Under the pieces are notes generated by a model. It saw only the letters and a program-made list of their open reading frames with translations, searched no databases and was not told the origin of the DNA. Made by a program: the position numbers and the translations under genes. From contig CAXHJY010001374.1 in NCBI GenBank assembly GCA_964016885.1, positions 1 to 64,000 of the forward strand: DNA of 64,000 bases. The letters are read 5' to 3'. How positions within the stretch are numbered: the first letter of the stretch is position 1; the number at the start of each line of letters is the position of its first letter. Shown piece after piece: positions 15,220 through 30,653 of this stretch. This stretch comes from Eledone cirrhosa. Its lineage: Eukaryota.

Positions 15220-15262
15220 GTAGTCCTGAAGATTTCTAATAAGAATGAAACGCGTAGATTAC
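15220..15262 (+). ncRNA. Type I hammerhead, monomer copy 3
   Basis: gtagtc-CUGAAGA-tttct/aata/agaat-GAAAC-gc-GUA^-gattac. Stem I is extended beyond an internal loop by a 15-bp helix (15197-15211/15269-15283). Confidence 0.9.
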
Positions 15263-15529
15263 TTCCCTTGCTTTTATCGAGAATCTAATTGTAATACGTG
15301 ACGTATTCTATTCTATAGCGATTAGGTCTTCAAAATGTTTATTATAAACATACAGAATATTTTCGAATATTCTATGTCTATATTCACATATATATCGCTA
15401 TTTCAGAGCATTTATTCCAATTTCTAATTTCTGCCGGACCGGCAACCGCTCTTTCAAACCAGTTCCTGTACACAGCTAAGTATTCTATAAGTCTCTAGCT
15501 GTGTCATTCTCGATAAAAGCACTGGATAT

Positions 15530-15572
15530 GTAGTCCTGAAGATTTCTAATAAGAATGAAACGCGTAGATTAC
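15530..15572 (+). ncRNA. Type I hammerhead, monomer copy 4
   Basis: Identical motif 310 bp downstream of copy 3. Confidence 0.9.
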
Positions 15573-15692
15573 TTCCCTTGCTTTTATCGAGAATCTAATT
15601 GTAATACGTGACGTATTCTATTCTATAGCGATTAGGTCTTCAAAATGTTTATTATAAACATACAGAATATTTTCGAATATTCTATGCCTATA

Positions 15693-15809
<117 letters not shown>

Positions 15810-15813
15810 ATAC

Positions 15814-16035
15814 ATCCAGAGTTGACATTGCATTCAGTGCTCCTTTTGGAGCCCCTACATGGACACACTAGAAGAGGAAGACCAAGGCTAACGAACGTAT
15901 ATTGATACCCTAAGGACAGGCACTGGTCTGTTGGAGACGGAGGACATGGCAGCGATAATGAGGGACAGAGACCGCCGTGAGAACTTGTCCATGGATCTCG
16001 GGAATTATACCCTCCCACCCTAGATAGAATAGAAT
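15814..16035 (+). mobile_element. RTE-clade LINE 3' fragment
   Basis: [27 protein letters not shown], frameshift, [17 protein letters not shown]. Short tagaa-type tail. Confidence 0.7.
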
Positions 16036-16098
16036 ATATATATATGTATATGTAGTTATAAGAATAACCAAAGCGTGCTTAGAAATGCATTGTTTTAT

Positions 16099-16148
16099 TA
16101 GCTAACAGTGTTTCATCCATACACCATGTCAGTAATCATCAGAGCCTA
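16099..16148 (-). ncRNA. Hammerhead-like motif (weak stem II)
   Basis: gct-CUGAUGA-21 nt-GAAAC-acu-GUU^-agc. Confidence 0.55.
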
Positions 16149-16782
16149 TAAACATTAGTATATCAGTAGTTGCATGCTTCATCGAGCTGCGTCACCAGAA
16201 CAAAGGACCAACAGGGGGGGTCCCAAGGCCACCGCTATATGGAAAAAAACAGAATACATGATGCTCATAATGTCATAAAATGTCTCAAAAATTACACCAA
16301 AAATGTGTCACTTAAATGGTGCAATAGGTGTTAAAGAGGTTGGGAGAGGGTAGAAAGGGATGAGTGAGGGTATTACTCAGCATGATCAGAAACAATAAGA
16401 AAATAATAAAAAAATTATAAAAATACCAATATACGGGGATAAGAAAAGAGATAGATGTAAAAATACAAAACAATAAAGGAACAAAGAGCCCGGACCCCCC
16501 CCCCCCCCAAAAAAAAATATATATAAGACAAAGGAAAGCGTAGATGTATCAAAGCACGAGCAGTGCAAAAAGAGAGTGTAGAGGCAGATCAAGAGAGTTT
16601 GCAAGCATGAGTCTGTGAAAAGAATAGATGGTTAGCAGTGGTGCAGCCTTACATGTTTGATAGTCCATATCAGGGATGGTGTACTCCAAATATATCGCCT
16701 TGTAACAGGTCGATTCTCCTTATCATATCCGCACCCTACGAACCACATCGATGTGTTCCAGTTCCGAACACATATACACATT

Positions 16783-16818
<36 letters not shown>

Positions 16819-17181
16819 GTGTGTGATGCTTAAAGCATGTTTTATATATATATATATATACATACATATATACATATATAATTATTTACATATACATATG
16901 TGTGTATATGTGTAAATTTATATATGTGTGTGTGTGTATGTGAACGTGTCTGTAGACACCTGAAATATAGCTTAAGAGAAACATGACAATAAGGACAGGC
17001 ACCGAATATTTGAACTTGTTTATAGAATTATCTCTGCCCTTGTCACTCTAAGTAGTGCTTTAAAGAATTAGCTTTGAATGAATTCCCTTTTCTTTCAACC
17101 AATGACCTCCACCCATCCCACTACCCACCCTCTCCTACCACTAGAAAAGATATAAATACCACCACATTTATTTGGACAGTC

Positions 17182-17232
17182 AGATTCCTGATGATTTGTC
17201 AAGAATGAAACAGTTCTAGTCCTGTAGAATCT
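17182..17232 (+). ncRNA. Type I hammerhead ribozyme in a solo PLE pLTR fragment (~16950-17250)
   Basis: agattc-CUGAUGA-tttgtcaagaat-GAAACAG-uucuaguc-CUGUA^-gaatct. Homologous to 54509-54559. Confidence 0.85.
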
Positions 17233-17850
17233 CATCTATATTGAAACTATATATGTATATAAACATGCGTAACTTGGACTGCATTTTAGAGGCATCATAC
17301 GAGTTACTAAATATCCAACAATAATATATTGCAAAATGATTTAAGGTGACTGGATATTTCACACACTGACACACTGATGCACAAACACACACACTCCTAC
17401 TCATAAACACGCCCTCACTCCCACACGCACTTTGAGACACTTATGTACAAACACATGCACACACACTTACACACTTATGTACAAACACACACATACACAC
17501 TTAAGCATAAAACACGCCCTCACTCACATACACACTGGCACGCTCACACACACAAAATGGCTGCTTGAACACTCCCGATGTTTTTCTTCAAAAGGCTGGT
17601 TCCATTCCCTTGTCATCTCATACTCTATCTTACTAACTGTTTTATAATTCTCATTGTATCTGCTGACGAAGGTCTAAGTGCCCGTAACGTAAAACGATTT
17701 TTCTACCATATCAAGCCGTAAAGAAATATACTTTTTCATTGTAATGTGTTGTCTGCTATGCTGCTTCCGTTTTATTGCATCTCTATCTCTCTCCCTCTTT
17801 CTCTCTTTCTCTCTTTCTCTCTCCCTCTCTTTCTTTCTCTCCCTCTGTAT

Positions 17851-17883
<33 letters not shown>

Positions 17884-17968
17884 GTATAAAATAATTTACA
17901 CACACACATACATACATACAAACACACATACATACATACATACATACATACATACATACATACATACA

Positions 17969-18002
<34 letters not shown>

Positions 18003-18660
18003 CAATGACATCTACATACGGCTACATGCAATTTATATGATGGTATGAATTCCTAAAATGACTGATTTTTATTTACGTATGTTTCATCCTTAATATTAAG
18101 TGCTCAATATTAAGAACCACCAGAATTAAATAATATATAACTAAGTTAACCACACATTTTCGCCACGAAATACAACGTTCCTGAAAATTGTTTACGTTTA
18201 AAAAAAAAACACAGCGTCATACTAGGTAATAGTACTTGCCACATGCATCAAAGTTATGATCATTTATACGGGACCTGAAAAGGATAGCGATGCAATATGT
18301 GAATACTATAATCATAGTTATGAGCAAGATATATTTGTTTCACAACACATGAAGTATAAATATTAAAGTTTTCAAGAAAGAGACTAAGTTTCACATACTA
18401 AGTTATACGCTTCCTTGTTATCATTGTATTTAAAATAGAGTGAATCATTGAAGCGACACGTAAATTAATTAAACGTTTGTATGAATTGGAACAGTACATA
18501 AATGTCATCTCAAGCTTGTAGCTTAACACTCAGCGTTTTATAGTCTGCAAGCAAATAATTACGACCATAGAGCATCTATGTCTATATGTATGTACGTACG
18601 TATGTACGTATGTATGTATGTATGTATGTATGTATATATAGATATTATATGTATATATAT

Positions 18661-18693
<33 letters not shown>

Positions 18694-18734
18694 ATATATA
18701 TATATATAATATATATATATATTATATATTATAC

Positions 18735-18788
<54 letters not shown>

Positions 18789-19459
18789 ATATATTATATT
18801 ATATATATATAATATATATATATATTATATATATATATATTATATATATATATTATATATATATATATATATTATATATATATATTATATGTATATACAT
18901 TATATATATATATATAATATATATGTATATTATATATATGTATATTATATATATGTATATATATATATATATGTATATTATATATATATTATAGATGTAT
19001 ATTATATATATATATATTATATATATATATATTATATATATTATATATGTATATAATGTATATTGTATATATATATATTATATTTATAAATATATATATA
19101 TTATATATATATTATATATATTATATATGTATATTATATATATATATATATTATATATATATTATATATATATAATATATATATATATATAATATATATA
19201 TTATATATTATATATTATATATATTATATATATATAAAATATATATATTATATATTATATATTATATATATTATATATATACTATATATATAAATGATAT
19301 ATATATATTATATATATTATATATATAATATATAATATATAATATATATATAATATATATATAATATATATATAATATATATAATATATAATATATAAAA
19401 TATATATATTATATATTACGATATAAAATAAATGGAAACTATATTTATAAAACCATATT

Positions 19460-19525
19460 TATTTCATTATATATATTTCAGGGATATCATATTAACAATA
19501 TGTTATGCCTTCTTCAGACAAAATA
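19460..19525 (-). ncRNA. Hammerhead variant (AUA cleavage triplet)
   Basis: Reverse complement of the motif at 21519-21584. Confidence 0.7.
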
Positions 19526-20646
19526 CAATATAGACAGTTTTATAGATAAATAGATTTGACATACCGTTCAACATCGACTTGTATTTGAAAAAGTTGATTT
19601 GGCAGTGAAAAATTGTAAACAGAAAGAAAGAAAGAAAGAAAGAAGGAAAGAAAGAAAGAAAACGAAGACAAAGAAGAAAAAGAAGAAATGCATGCAACAA
19701 AATAGAGAGATGGAAAGATAGATAAAGAGAAGAACTTCATGTAAAGAAACAGAGAGAGATATATAGAGAGAGGAAATAGATAGAGATAGATATCTATATA
19801 GAGAAAAGTAGGTAGTTGAACGACGTATCAATGATACATTTATTTATTTATTTATTTATTTAGCTCTAGTATTAATGTAAGGGAGATATATGTGGTTAGG
19901 AAAGAAACCAGCCGTTATATAGAGAGAAAAATGAAAAGTAACCAGACATAGGCGAGGCAGAATTTAAAAACCCTATGTTATAATGTAGAGATATTAGTTC
20001 GTATAAAAACCAGGCACTATAATGTAAATATCAGTATTCCTGAATGAGACAAGTATCTATAATGTGTGAAAAGTAATCTATTCAGTTGCTGCAAACATAG
20101 ATTGAACTCAACTTTTAAATATAAATTTAAATTTAAATTGTAGTATATTTAGTTCGATTTGTAATTATTTGGGAAACTAGCCGATAAATCTTTCGATTTC
20201 TTCTTTTTATTCTTCTTTTTATTTTTATTTTTATTTTATTTTAAACATTCTTCATGAAAAATTAAACTACCCTAAAAGTTGATGCTCCAAATATATCGAA
20301 TAAACGTTACAGTAGATAAACTTCTATATTAAATATAAGAACATATGTAGACCAAATGGGCATCCTAAACTTTTGAAATGATTTCTGCTAGACGCGATTT
20401 GGTAAATAATTTTTAGCTTTATCTGTTTTCGACTCTGATGCTTATAATGAACTTGGCAATATATTGTCAATTAATTTTGAAGGGTTGATCTTTGTGGTCG
20501 ATTTGCGTGGCATATTATGTTTTTATTTTTGTTTTTATTTTTATTATTTTAATGTTTTTATTTTTATTATTTTAATATTTTTTAATATTTTTAATATTTT
20601 CATTTTTAATATGTAATATTTTTTAGTTTTCTATTTTATTTATTTG

Positions 20647-20682
<36 letters not shown>

Positions 20683-21518
20683 TTTTGTTTTTGTCTCTGA
20701 TATTTTTATTAATATATTGAAATCTGTTCTCTATTTCTGCTTGATAGATAATCATGTAGAGTAAAGACAAGAATAGTATTGTTAAAATTAATATAGACTC
20801 TATATATATGTGTGTATATATACACATATATGTATACTTAAATTTTTATAGCACAATGACAATGTTCTCCGTGTGAAATAGGGGTTTGCAGAGTTGATCA
20901 CGTAAATTCACATCGATGTTTGTAGTTATCATATAAACATATGAATTTTTAAAACTAGACATAAGATCATTACTTTTCACACATTATAGATACGTGTCTC
21001 ATTCAGGAATACTGATATTTACATTATAGTGCCTGGTTTTTATACGAACTAATATTTCTACATTAAAACATAGGGTTTTTAAATTCTGCCTCGCCTATGT
21101 CTGGTTACTTTTCATTTTTCTCTCTATATAACGGCTGGTTTCTTTCCTAACCACATATATCTCCCTTACATTAATACTAGAACTAAATAAATAAATAAAT
21201 AAATAAATGTATCATTGATACGTCGTTCAACTACCTACTTTTCTCTATATATATCTATCTCTATCTATTTCCTCTCTCTATATATCTCTCTCTGTTTCTT
21301 TACATGAAGTTCTTCTCTTTATCTATCTTTCCATCTCTCTATTTTGTTGCATGCATTTCTTCTTTTTCTTCTTTTTCTTCGTTTTCTTTCTTTCTTTCCT
21401 TCTTTCCTTCTTTCTTTCTTTCTGTTTACAATTTTTCACTGCCAAATCAACTTTTTCAAATACAAGTCGATGTTGAACGGTATGTCAAATCTATTTATCT
21501 ATAAAACTGTCTATATTG

Positions 21519-21584
21519 TATTTTGTCTGAAGAAGGCATAACATATTGTTAATATGATATCCCTGAAATATATATAATGAAATA
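21519..21584 (+). ncRNA. Hammerhead variant (AUA cleavage triplet)
   Basis: tattttgt-CUGAAGA-agg..catatt/gtt/aatatg..cct-GAAA-uauauau-A^-atgaaata. Confidence 0.7.
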
Positions 21585-21890
21585 AATATGGTTTTATAAA
21601 TATAGTTTCCATTTATTTAATATCGTAAATATACTCCAAATACTTGTTGAGTGCTTTTATATCAGTTATAAATATTTACTAGTTGTAACCCAACAATTTA
21701 AATATAACTTTCCATATATTATATATTATATATTATATATATTATATATATATTATATATATATTATATATATATATTATATATATATATATATATATTA
21801 TATAGTAATAATAATAGATTTGAAGACTAAAATCCAAAGAGGGCTCGATAAGCATAAATATATATCAAATATATAAGAAACATAGAGCAA

Positions 21891-21992
21891 ATATTTATTA
21901 AAATGAAAGATTAAAGTTTAAGCAATGAATTGCTGCTTTGGTGAAAGCAGCGATTCTTTGCTTAAACATTAATCTGTTATTTTAATAAATAT
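21891..21992. repeat. ~100-bp imperfect hairpin
   Basis: atatttattaaaat...gctgcttt-ggtg-aaagcagc...attttaataaatat. One arm recurs at ~47211-47246. Confidence 0.85.
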
Positions 21993-21997
21993 TATAT

Positions 21998-22126
<129 letters not shown>

Positions 22127-22340
22127 ATATATATATTATATATATTTTATATATATTATATATATATATATATTATATATATATTATATATATATATATA
22201 TTATATATATATATTATAAATATTTATTATATATATATATTATATATATTTATTATATATATATATATACTATATATAAATATATTATATATATATATAT
22301 TATATATATATATAATATATATAAATATATTATATATATA

Positions 22341-22393
<53 letters not shown>

Positions 22394-22722
22394 ATATTAT
22401 ATGTATATATTATATATATATATATTATATATATATATATTATATATATATAATATATATATATAATATATATATATATTATATATATATATATATTATA
22501 TATATATATATATATTATACATATCATATATATATTATATATATATATTATATATATATTATGTATATATTATATATATATATTATATTATTTATATATA
22601 TATAATACATATATATATATATTATATATATGTATATATATATATATATTATATAGATATATTATATATATATATATATTATAATATTAAATAAATGGAA
22701 ACTATATTTATAAAACCATATT

Positions 22723-22788
22723 TATTTCGTTATATATATTTCAGGGATATCATATTAACAATATTTTATGCCATCTTCACACAAAATA
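22723..22788 (-). ncRNA. Hammerhead variant with mutated core (GUGAAGA)
   Basis: Inverted copy of 25509-25574 carrying C3G. Confidence 0.55.
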
Positions 22789-23246
22789 CAATATAAACAG
22801 TCTTATAAATAAATAGATACGACATACCTTTCAATCACCTTGCATTTGGGAGGTTGATTTGGTAGTAAAAAATGTGGACAGTTGTAAAAAGAAAGAGATA
22901 AAGAGAGAAAGAAAGAGAAACGAAGAAAAAAAAGAGATAAAGAGAGAAAGAAAGAGAAACGAAGAAAAAAAAAACGAAGAAAAAGAAGAAATGCATGTGA
23001 CTAAATAGAGGGATATAGAAAGATAGATAAAGAGAAGAACTTCATGTAAAGAAACAGAGAGAAATATATATAGAGAGAGGAAAAAAGAAAGATATAGATA
23101 GAGATAGATAGAGAAATTAGGAAGTTGAGTATCGGTTGATACATTTATTTATTTATTTATTTATTTAGCTCTAGTATTAATGTAAAGAGAGATGTATGTA
23201 GTTAAGAGAGAAAATAGCCGTTATATAGAGAGAAAAAAGAGAATCA

Positions 23247-24140
23247 CGTATCTCTAAAATCTCATCTAATAAAAAGATTTTCGACGAAAAAGCCCATTAT
23301 TACAATGAAGCGTTAGCTAGAGCAGGATATAGTGATAAAATTATGTACATAGATAATGATAAACAAATTAAACAAAATAACAACTATTTTAATTATGGCC
23401 ACAACCTTAACAACTATAATAGAAAGCATTACAATAATTCCAAAAGCCATAAAAGAAATAGAACTAGGAATATAATATGGTTTGCCCCCCCCCCTTTCTC
23501 ACTAAACATTAAAACCCACATTGCTAAACTATTTTTTAAAGCTCTCGATAATCGCTTCCCTAGAACACATAGGTATCACTCAATTTTCAATAGACATACT
23601 ATAAAACTAACCTACTCATCCACCAAAAATTTAGCGCAAAATATTAATAGAATAAATAACAGGAACTTAAAACCTAGCGATAATAGCATAAATAATATCC
23701 AAGTTAACAAATGTAACTGTAGAGATAGATCTAAATGTCCGTTAAATAACAACTGCTTAGTTAAAAATATAATATACAACTGTAATGTTAAAACGGACGT
23801 TAATTCTTTTAACTACGTTGGTTCTACATCGACGGAATTTAAACTTCGCTATAACAACCACAAGTATTCTTTCACAGATCCATCCAAAAAATCTTCAACA
23901 GCACTATCAGGCGTACTCTGGCAACTTAGGCATGATAACGTTAGATATTCGACGACTTGGAATATAGTTTCAAGGGGGATTCCTTTTAATTCATCCTCTG
24001 AGACATGTGACCTCTGTGCGGAGGAGATATTCTTTATACTAAAATCTAAAAATTCCCTTAATCTACGGACAAATTTATTCAGTTGCTGCAGACATAGATT
24101 GAACTCAACGTTTAAATATAAATTTAAATTTAAAATGTAA
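23247..24140 (+). pseudogene. PLE C-terminal region with GIY-YIG endonuclease (open frame, 5'-truncated)
   Basis: RNIIWFAPPP, IFNRHTIKLTYS, CNCRDRSKCPLNNNC, NIIYNC..YVGSTSTEFKLRYNNH, CDLC..E, CRH. Confidence 0.88.
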
Positions 24141-25508
24141 GTATGTTTGTTTTGATTTCATTTGTAATTAGTTATGAAACTAGCCGATAAATCTTTCGAT
24201 TCCTTCTTTTTATTAAAACATTCTTTTTATTAAAACATTCTTCATGAATAATTAAACTACCCTAAAAGCTGATGCTCCAAATATATCGAATTAAATTTTA
24301 AACTAGATAAACTTCTATATTATATTATATATAAGAACATATGTAGACCAAATGGGTATCCTAAACTTTTGGAATGATTTCTGCTAGACAGGATTTGGTA
24401 AACAATTTTTGTTTTATCTGTTTCGACTCTGATGCTTATGATGATCTTGGCAATATATTGTCAATTAACTTTGAAAGGCTGATCTCTGTGCTTTATTTGT
24501 ATTATTTTTTTTAATATTTTTTAATATTTTGTAATATTTTGTAATATTTTGTAATATTTTTTTATTTTTAATATTAAATGTTTTAGTTTTCTGTTTATTT
24601 ATTTATTTTCTTGTCTCTGATATTTTTATTTTTATTTTTATTTTTATTTTTATTTTTATTTTTATTTTTATTTTTATTTTTATTTGTATTTTTATTAATA
24701 TATTGAAATCTGTTCTCTATTTCTGCTTGATCGACAATCAGGTAGAATAAAGACAAGAATACTATTGTTAAAATTAATATAGACTCTATATATATGTGTG
24801 TATATATACACACATATATGTATACTTGAATTTTTATAGCACAATGAGAATGTTTTCGTGTGAATTGGGAGTTTGTTTATAATTATGATATAAACATATG
24901 AATTTTTAAAAACTAGACATAAGATCATTACTTTTCACACATTATAGATACATGTCTCATTCATGAAAACTGGTACTTACATTATAATGCCTGTTTTATA
25001 CGAACTAATATTTTCTACGGATAGAACATAGCGGTTTTAAATTCTGCATCGTTTATGTCTGGTTGTGTTTCATTTTCTCTTTTTCATTCTCTCTTTTTTC
25101 TCTCTATATAACGGCTATTTTCTCTCTTAACTACATACATCTCTCCTTACATTAATACTAGAGCTAAATAAATAAATAAATAAATAAATAAATGTATCAA
25201 CCGATACTCAACTTCCTAATTTCTCTATCTATTTCTATCTATCTCTTTCTTTTTTCCTCTCTCTATATATATTTCTCTCTGTTTCTTTACATGAAGTTCT
25301 TCTCTTTATCTATCTTTCTATATCCCTCTATTTAGTCACATGCATTTCTTCTTTTTCTTCGTTTTTTTTTTCTTCGTTTCTCTTTCTTTCTCTCTTTATC
25401 TCTTTTTTTTTACAACTGTCCACATTTTTTACTACCAAATCAACCTCCCAAATTCAAGGTGATTGAAAGGTATGTCGTATCTATTTATTTATAAGACTGT
25501 TTATATTG

Positions 25509-25574
25509 TATTTTGTCTGAAGATGGCATAACATATTGTTAATATGATATCCCTGAAATATATATAACGAAATA
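25509..25574 (+). ncRNA. Hammerhead variant (AUA triplet) in the pLTR
   Basis: tattttgt-CUGAAGA-..-GAAA-uauauau-A^-acgaaata. Confidence 0.72.
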
Positions 25575-25727
25575 AATATGGTTTTATAAATATAGTTTCC
25601 ATTTATTTAATATCATAAATATACTCCAAATACTTGTTGAGTGCTTTTATATCAGTTATAAATATTTACTCGTTGTTAACCCAACAATTTAAATATAACT
25701 TTCCATGTATATATATTATATATATTT

Positions 25728-25758
<31 letters not shown>

Positions 25759-26210
25759 ATATATATATTATATATATTATATATATTATATATATATATA
25801 TTATATATATTTATCATATATATATATATATATTATATATATTTATTATATATATATATATTATATATATATATATATATGATATATATATATATTATAT
25901 ATATATATTATATATGATATATATATATTATATATATATATTATATATATATTATATATATTATATATATATATATACCATATATATATAATATATACAT
26001 ATATATTATATATATAATATATATATATATATATATTATATATATTATATATATATTATATATATATATATTATATATATATATTATATATATATTATAT
26101 ATATATTATATATATAAATATTATATATATATTATATATATATATTATATATATATATTATATATATATATTATATATATAATATATATATATTATATAC
26201 ATATATATAT

Positions 26211-26242
<32 letters not shown>

Positions 26243-26367
26243 ATATTATATATATATATTATATATATATATATAAATATATATATATATTATATATATA
26301 TATTATATATATTATGTGTATATATAATATATACATAATATATATAAATAATATACATGTATAATAT

Positions 26368-26399
<32 letters not shown>

Positions 26400-26676
26400 A
26401 TATATATATATATAATATATATATATAATATATATATATATAATATATACATATATAATATGTATATAATATATATATAATATATATATATATAAATAAT
26501 ATATATATATATTATTTATATATATATATTATATATTATATATATTATATATTATATATATATTATATATATATATTATATATATATATTATATATATAT
26601 ATATTATATATAAATTATATATATGTATTATATATATATATATATATTATACATATATGTTATTTATATATATTAA

Positions 26677-26870
26677 AAGGCTGTGGATTGGCAGTATCGG
26701 TAGAGAGTCGGACGCCATGCTTTCCAGCATAGTTACGTCCCTTTGCGGTCTGAGTTCAAATCCCGTCGAGGTTAACTTTGCCTTTCATCCTTACGGGGTA
26801 TATAAAAGAAAGTACCAGTAATGTACTAGGTAATTGCTGGCCCTGTGCCTAAAGTAGAAAAAATTATTTA
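26677..26870 (+). mobile_element. tRNA-derived SINE
   Basis: A-box-like tggcagtatcgg, B box gagttcaaatcc, and core actttgcctttcatccttacgggg..aaaataaagtaccagt. Six copies or fragments in the window. Confidence 0.8.
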
Positions 26871-27040
26871 TGTATATTATATATACATATTATATTTATA
26901 TATATATATATATTATATATCTATATTATATGATTATATATTATATATATATATATTATATATATATATATATTATATATATATATATTATATATATATA
27001 TATGTTATATATATATATTATATATTTATATTATATATAT

Positions 27041-27072
<32 letters not shown>

Positions 27073-27487
27073 ATATTATATATATATATAGATTATATAT
27101 ATATTATATATATATATATATTATATATATATTATAAATATATATATACTATATATATATATTATATATATATATTATATATATATATATTATATATATA
27201 TATTATTTATTATATATATATATTATATATATTTATATATTATATATATATTATATATATGTATTATATATATATATTATTTATTATATATATATTATAT
27301 ATATATATATTATATATATATATTATATACTTATATTATATATATATATTATATATATATATATATATTATATATATATATTATATTATATGTATATATA
27401 TATATTATGTATATATTATATGTATATACATTATATATATATATATATATATTATATATATTATGTATATATTATATGTATATACAT

Positions 27488-27521
<34 letters not shown>

Positions 27522-27799
27522 ATGTATATATATACATACATAAATATATGTATATATATATATATATATTATGTATATATTATATGTATATACATTATAT
27601 ATATATATATTATAGATATATGTATATATGCATACATAAATATATATACATTCATATATTTCCGCGTCGATCTCTACATATGAAAAACATATACATATTT
27701 ATATTCCATATGTATAGATAAGGGCGGTCAATATGCATGTATATATATTTCTGTATGTATGTATATATGTATATGTATGTATATATATCTATATACATA

Positions 27800-27977
<178 letters not shown>

Positions 27978-28295
27978 TATACACACATATATATATTAAT
28001 ATATATATATATATATATACACACTCACACATATACATATATATATATTATTAAGCTATAGTAAAACTGAATATATCTAGTCTGGTAGATATCCCATTGC
28101 AATAAAAGTGACAGGGCTGAGTTATATGAGACAAAGGGTTACAGATGACCAGCGTATCTATTATGTAGAGAACTGTCAAGAAATATCTTACGATTGCCAT
28201 ACGTAAACGGTATCACTACATTCATGTTATAAACCGCTGGCTGTCAAAGTATATTAATACCCGACATCACGCTTACATATTTATTTATATAGATC

Positions 28296-28382
<87 letters not shown>

Positions 28383-28477
28383 ATATATATATATATACAT
28401 ATATATGCATGTATATACGTACATAAATATCTATATATCTATCTATCTCTCTCTATATATATATATATATATATACC

Positions 28478-28663
28478 GATGGAAATGTGGTAAGGAACCA
28501 GATGGACCATAACGCACCAAAGTACTCTAAACTTAGGGTAGTAGAGTGGGTAATAGGAACAAGTATGACCCCGACGGCAGGGCTCAAGCCGTTTCGACTG
28601 CTGATTCTGGACTGAATTAGCCATCGAAATGGCTTGAGCTCTGCCGTCGGTGTCATACATGTT

Positions 28664-28668
<5 letters not shown>
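28478..28668. repeat. Foldback element (palindrome 28552-28668) made of two hammerhead 3' halves
   Basis: Centre gctgattc-tggact-gaattagc. Each arm reads GAAAy-ggc..gcc-GUC outward. Related copy at 35046-35215. Confidence 0.75.
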
Positions 28669-28697
<29 letters not shown>

Positions 28698-28930
28698 TAT
28701 ATATATATACAAGTATTTTATCTTTAATATCTAATGAACATATGTCAGTAACGACTACATTCTGACTTGTTTGCTGCACATACAACCTGACAAATAAATA
28801 CATATACATGTCTACCACGCTCTCTCTCTCTCTCACTCGCATACTCCCTCTCTCCCTTTCTCTTGAATTAGGTGTATAAATATACACAAACACACGTACA
28901 CAAACACTAAATAGTATGTATATGTACTCT

Positions 28931-28977
<47 letters not shown>

Positions 28978-29033
28978 AAAAGAATGAAACTAAATTTCAT
29001 TTCTCACTCCCAGTACGGCTGATACTTAAATGA

Positions 29034-29156
<123 letters not shown>

Positions 29157-29164
29157 CATACATG

Positions 29165-29232
<68 letters not shown>

Positions 29233-29240
29233 CATACATG

Positions 29241-29297
<57 letters not shown>

Positions 29298-29344
29298 GTA
29301 TGAGTTTACCGAATATTTATTATAATCTTCGGTTTGTTTGTTTG

Positions 29345-29636
29345 TAAGCCAACAAACAGCTCGAATTACGCCGTACAGTGCTGAGGCAACCATCGTCGCC
29401 CCTTAGTTCAACACTGACACAGGAACGACGTACTAGTTTCAAGCTTATTAGCTATCGACAGCCTCGTATACCCTTCTCTGGCAGAGGATTGAACGTCTGA
29501 AAGTATATACCCTCCTTCTGCACACCAACGGTTGTGCAAACTAATTTGAACACCGAGTGAGTTAGTCGGCCGGGCGCACCGAAAACGATATATGGAAAAG
29601 AATGAAACGAAATTTCATTTATCAATCTCAGTACGG

Positions 29637-29640
<4 letters not shown>
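29345..29640 (-). mobile_element. Diverged copy of the ~430-bp hammerhead repeat family, HHR at 29425-29467 (core CUGUCGA)
   Basis: Similar to 48912-49276, 53953-54380 and 58480-58742. Confidence 0.7.
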
Positions 29641-29703
<63 letters not shown>

Positions 29704-29855
29704 ACGTGTTTGATTTGACGACTGAGAGATTAGAGTATTCAATACCAAAGAAGAGAGTTAATAGTCATTGTGTTAAAGCAACAAGTTTTAATCTTCTTAC
29801 ACTGCGGTTTCGCCTGATGTTCCTCTTTCTAAGATATATGTATATATATATAAAA

Positions 29856-29913
<58 letters not shown>

Positions 29914-29931
29914 ATATATGTATATATATAA

Positions 29932-29985
<54 letters not shown>

Positions 29986-30001
29986 ATATGTATATATATA
30001 A

Positions 30002-30060
<59 letters not shown>

Positions 30061-30072
30061 GGGGGGGGGGGT

Positions 30073-30653
30073 ATATATATAAAGCTGAAGTTTTCTGTGT
30101 GTCAGTGTGTGGACAATTTTTAATGAGGGCTCATATATTCTAAACCATTCATGCGATATCTTTGAAATTATTTACATAGCTTCACCCTGCACAAAATCTG
30201 TACATGATCTACAAAGGCTTTCAAAAATCGATATTGGAGCCTTTGGAGACATTAAAAAATGTCGGTTATTTGTGTCAATTTTCGTGATTAAGTAAGACAA
30301 GAGTTATCTTTCGACAATACAATAAGAACTCATTTTTGATGTTGTCAAACATTTTGTTTTGGGATTTTCATTATTACAATTCGGCTCATTCGCATTTTAC
30401 TTTACTCTTTGTACTTGAAACAATGTATTGCTGTTGTCAAAAAAATATATACCTAGACTGGATTTTTGTTGGTACATGGGATAACAGATGACACCTAACT
30501 CTCATATTAATTATCTCACTGGGATATTGCCAAAGGTTTTCATGCTTACATAAAGTACGTTTTTCTTCTATGTATTCAAATTTACTTTGTTTAGTTTAAT
30601 GTGCTACATCGAAAGCTACTTGAACTGTCCAAAGGACGGGTACTTTAGCTAGT
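30073..30653 (+). mobile_element. Non-autonomous Helitron-like element
   Basis: Starts tatatataaagctgaag followed by a short TG-rich tract. Ends with hairpin ctgtcc-aaa-ggacgg, then CTAG|T. Confidence 0.6.

Larger units (their letters stand above)
19418..21714. mobile_element. 5'-truncated Penelope-like element with an inverted pLTR copy
   Basis: Arms 19418-20077 and 20969-21627 are reverse complements. The middle (20078-20968) matches the ORF end and 3' UTR at 24077-24930. (TA)n flanks both sides. Confidence 0.88.
22687..25705. mobile_element. Penelope-like element (WFxPP/CNC-type GIY-YIG), 5'-truncated, with an inverted pLTR copy
   Basis: Inverted arm 22687-23245 matches ~25087-25615. The forward body 23246-25705 carries a GIY-YIG ORF and an HHR. 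Confidence 0.9.

Noticed and set aside
17663-17700. CUGACGA..GUAAC hammerhead-like motif
   Set aside because: GAAA is mutated and no stem I pairing is evident.
23247-24140. Possible selenocysteine recoding as reported for Naiad PLEs
   Set aside because: No in-frame TGA replaces a Cys in the GIY-YIG fragments read, and no SECIS was recognised.
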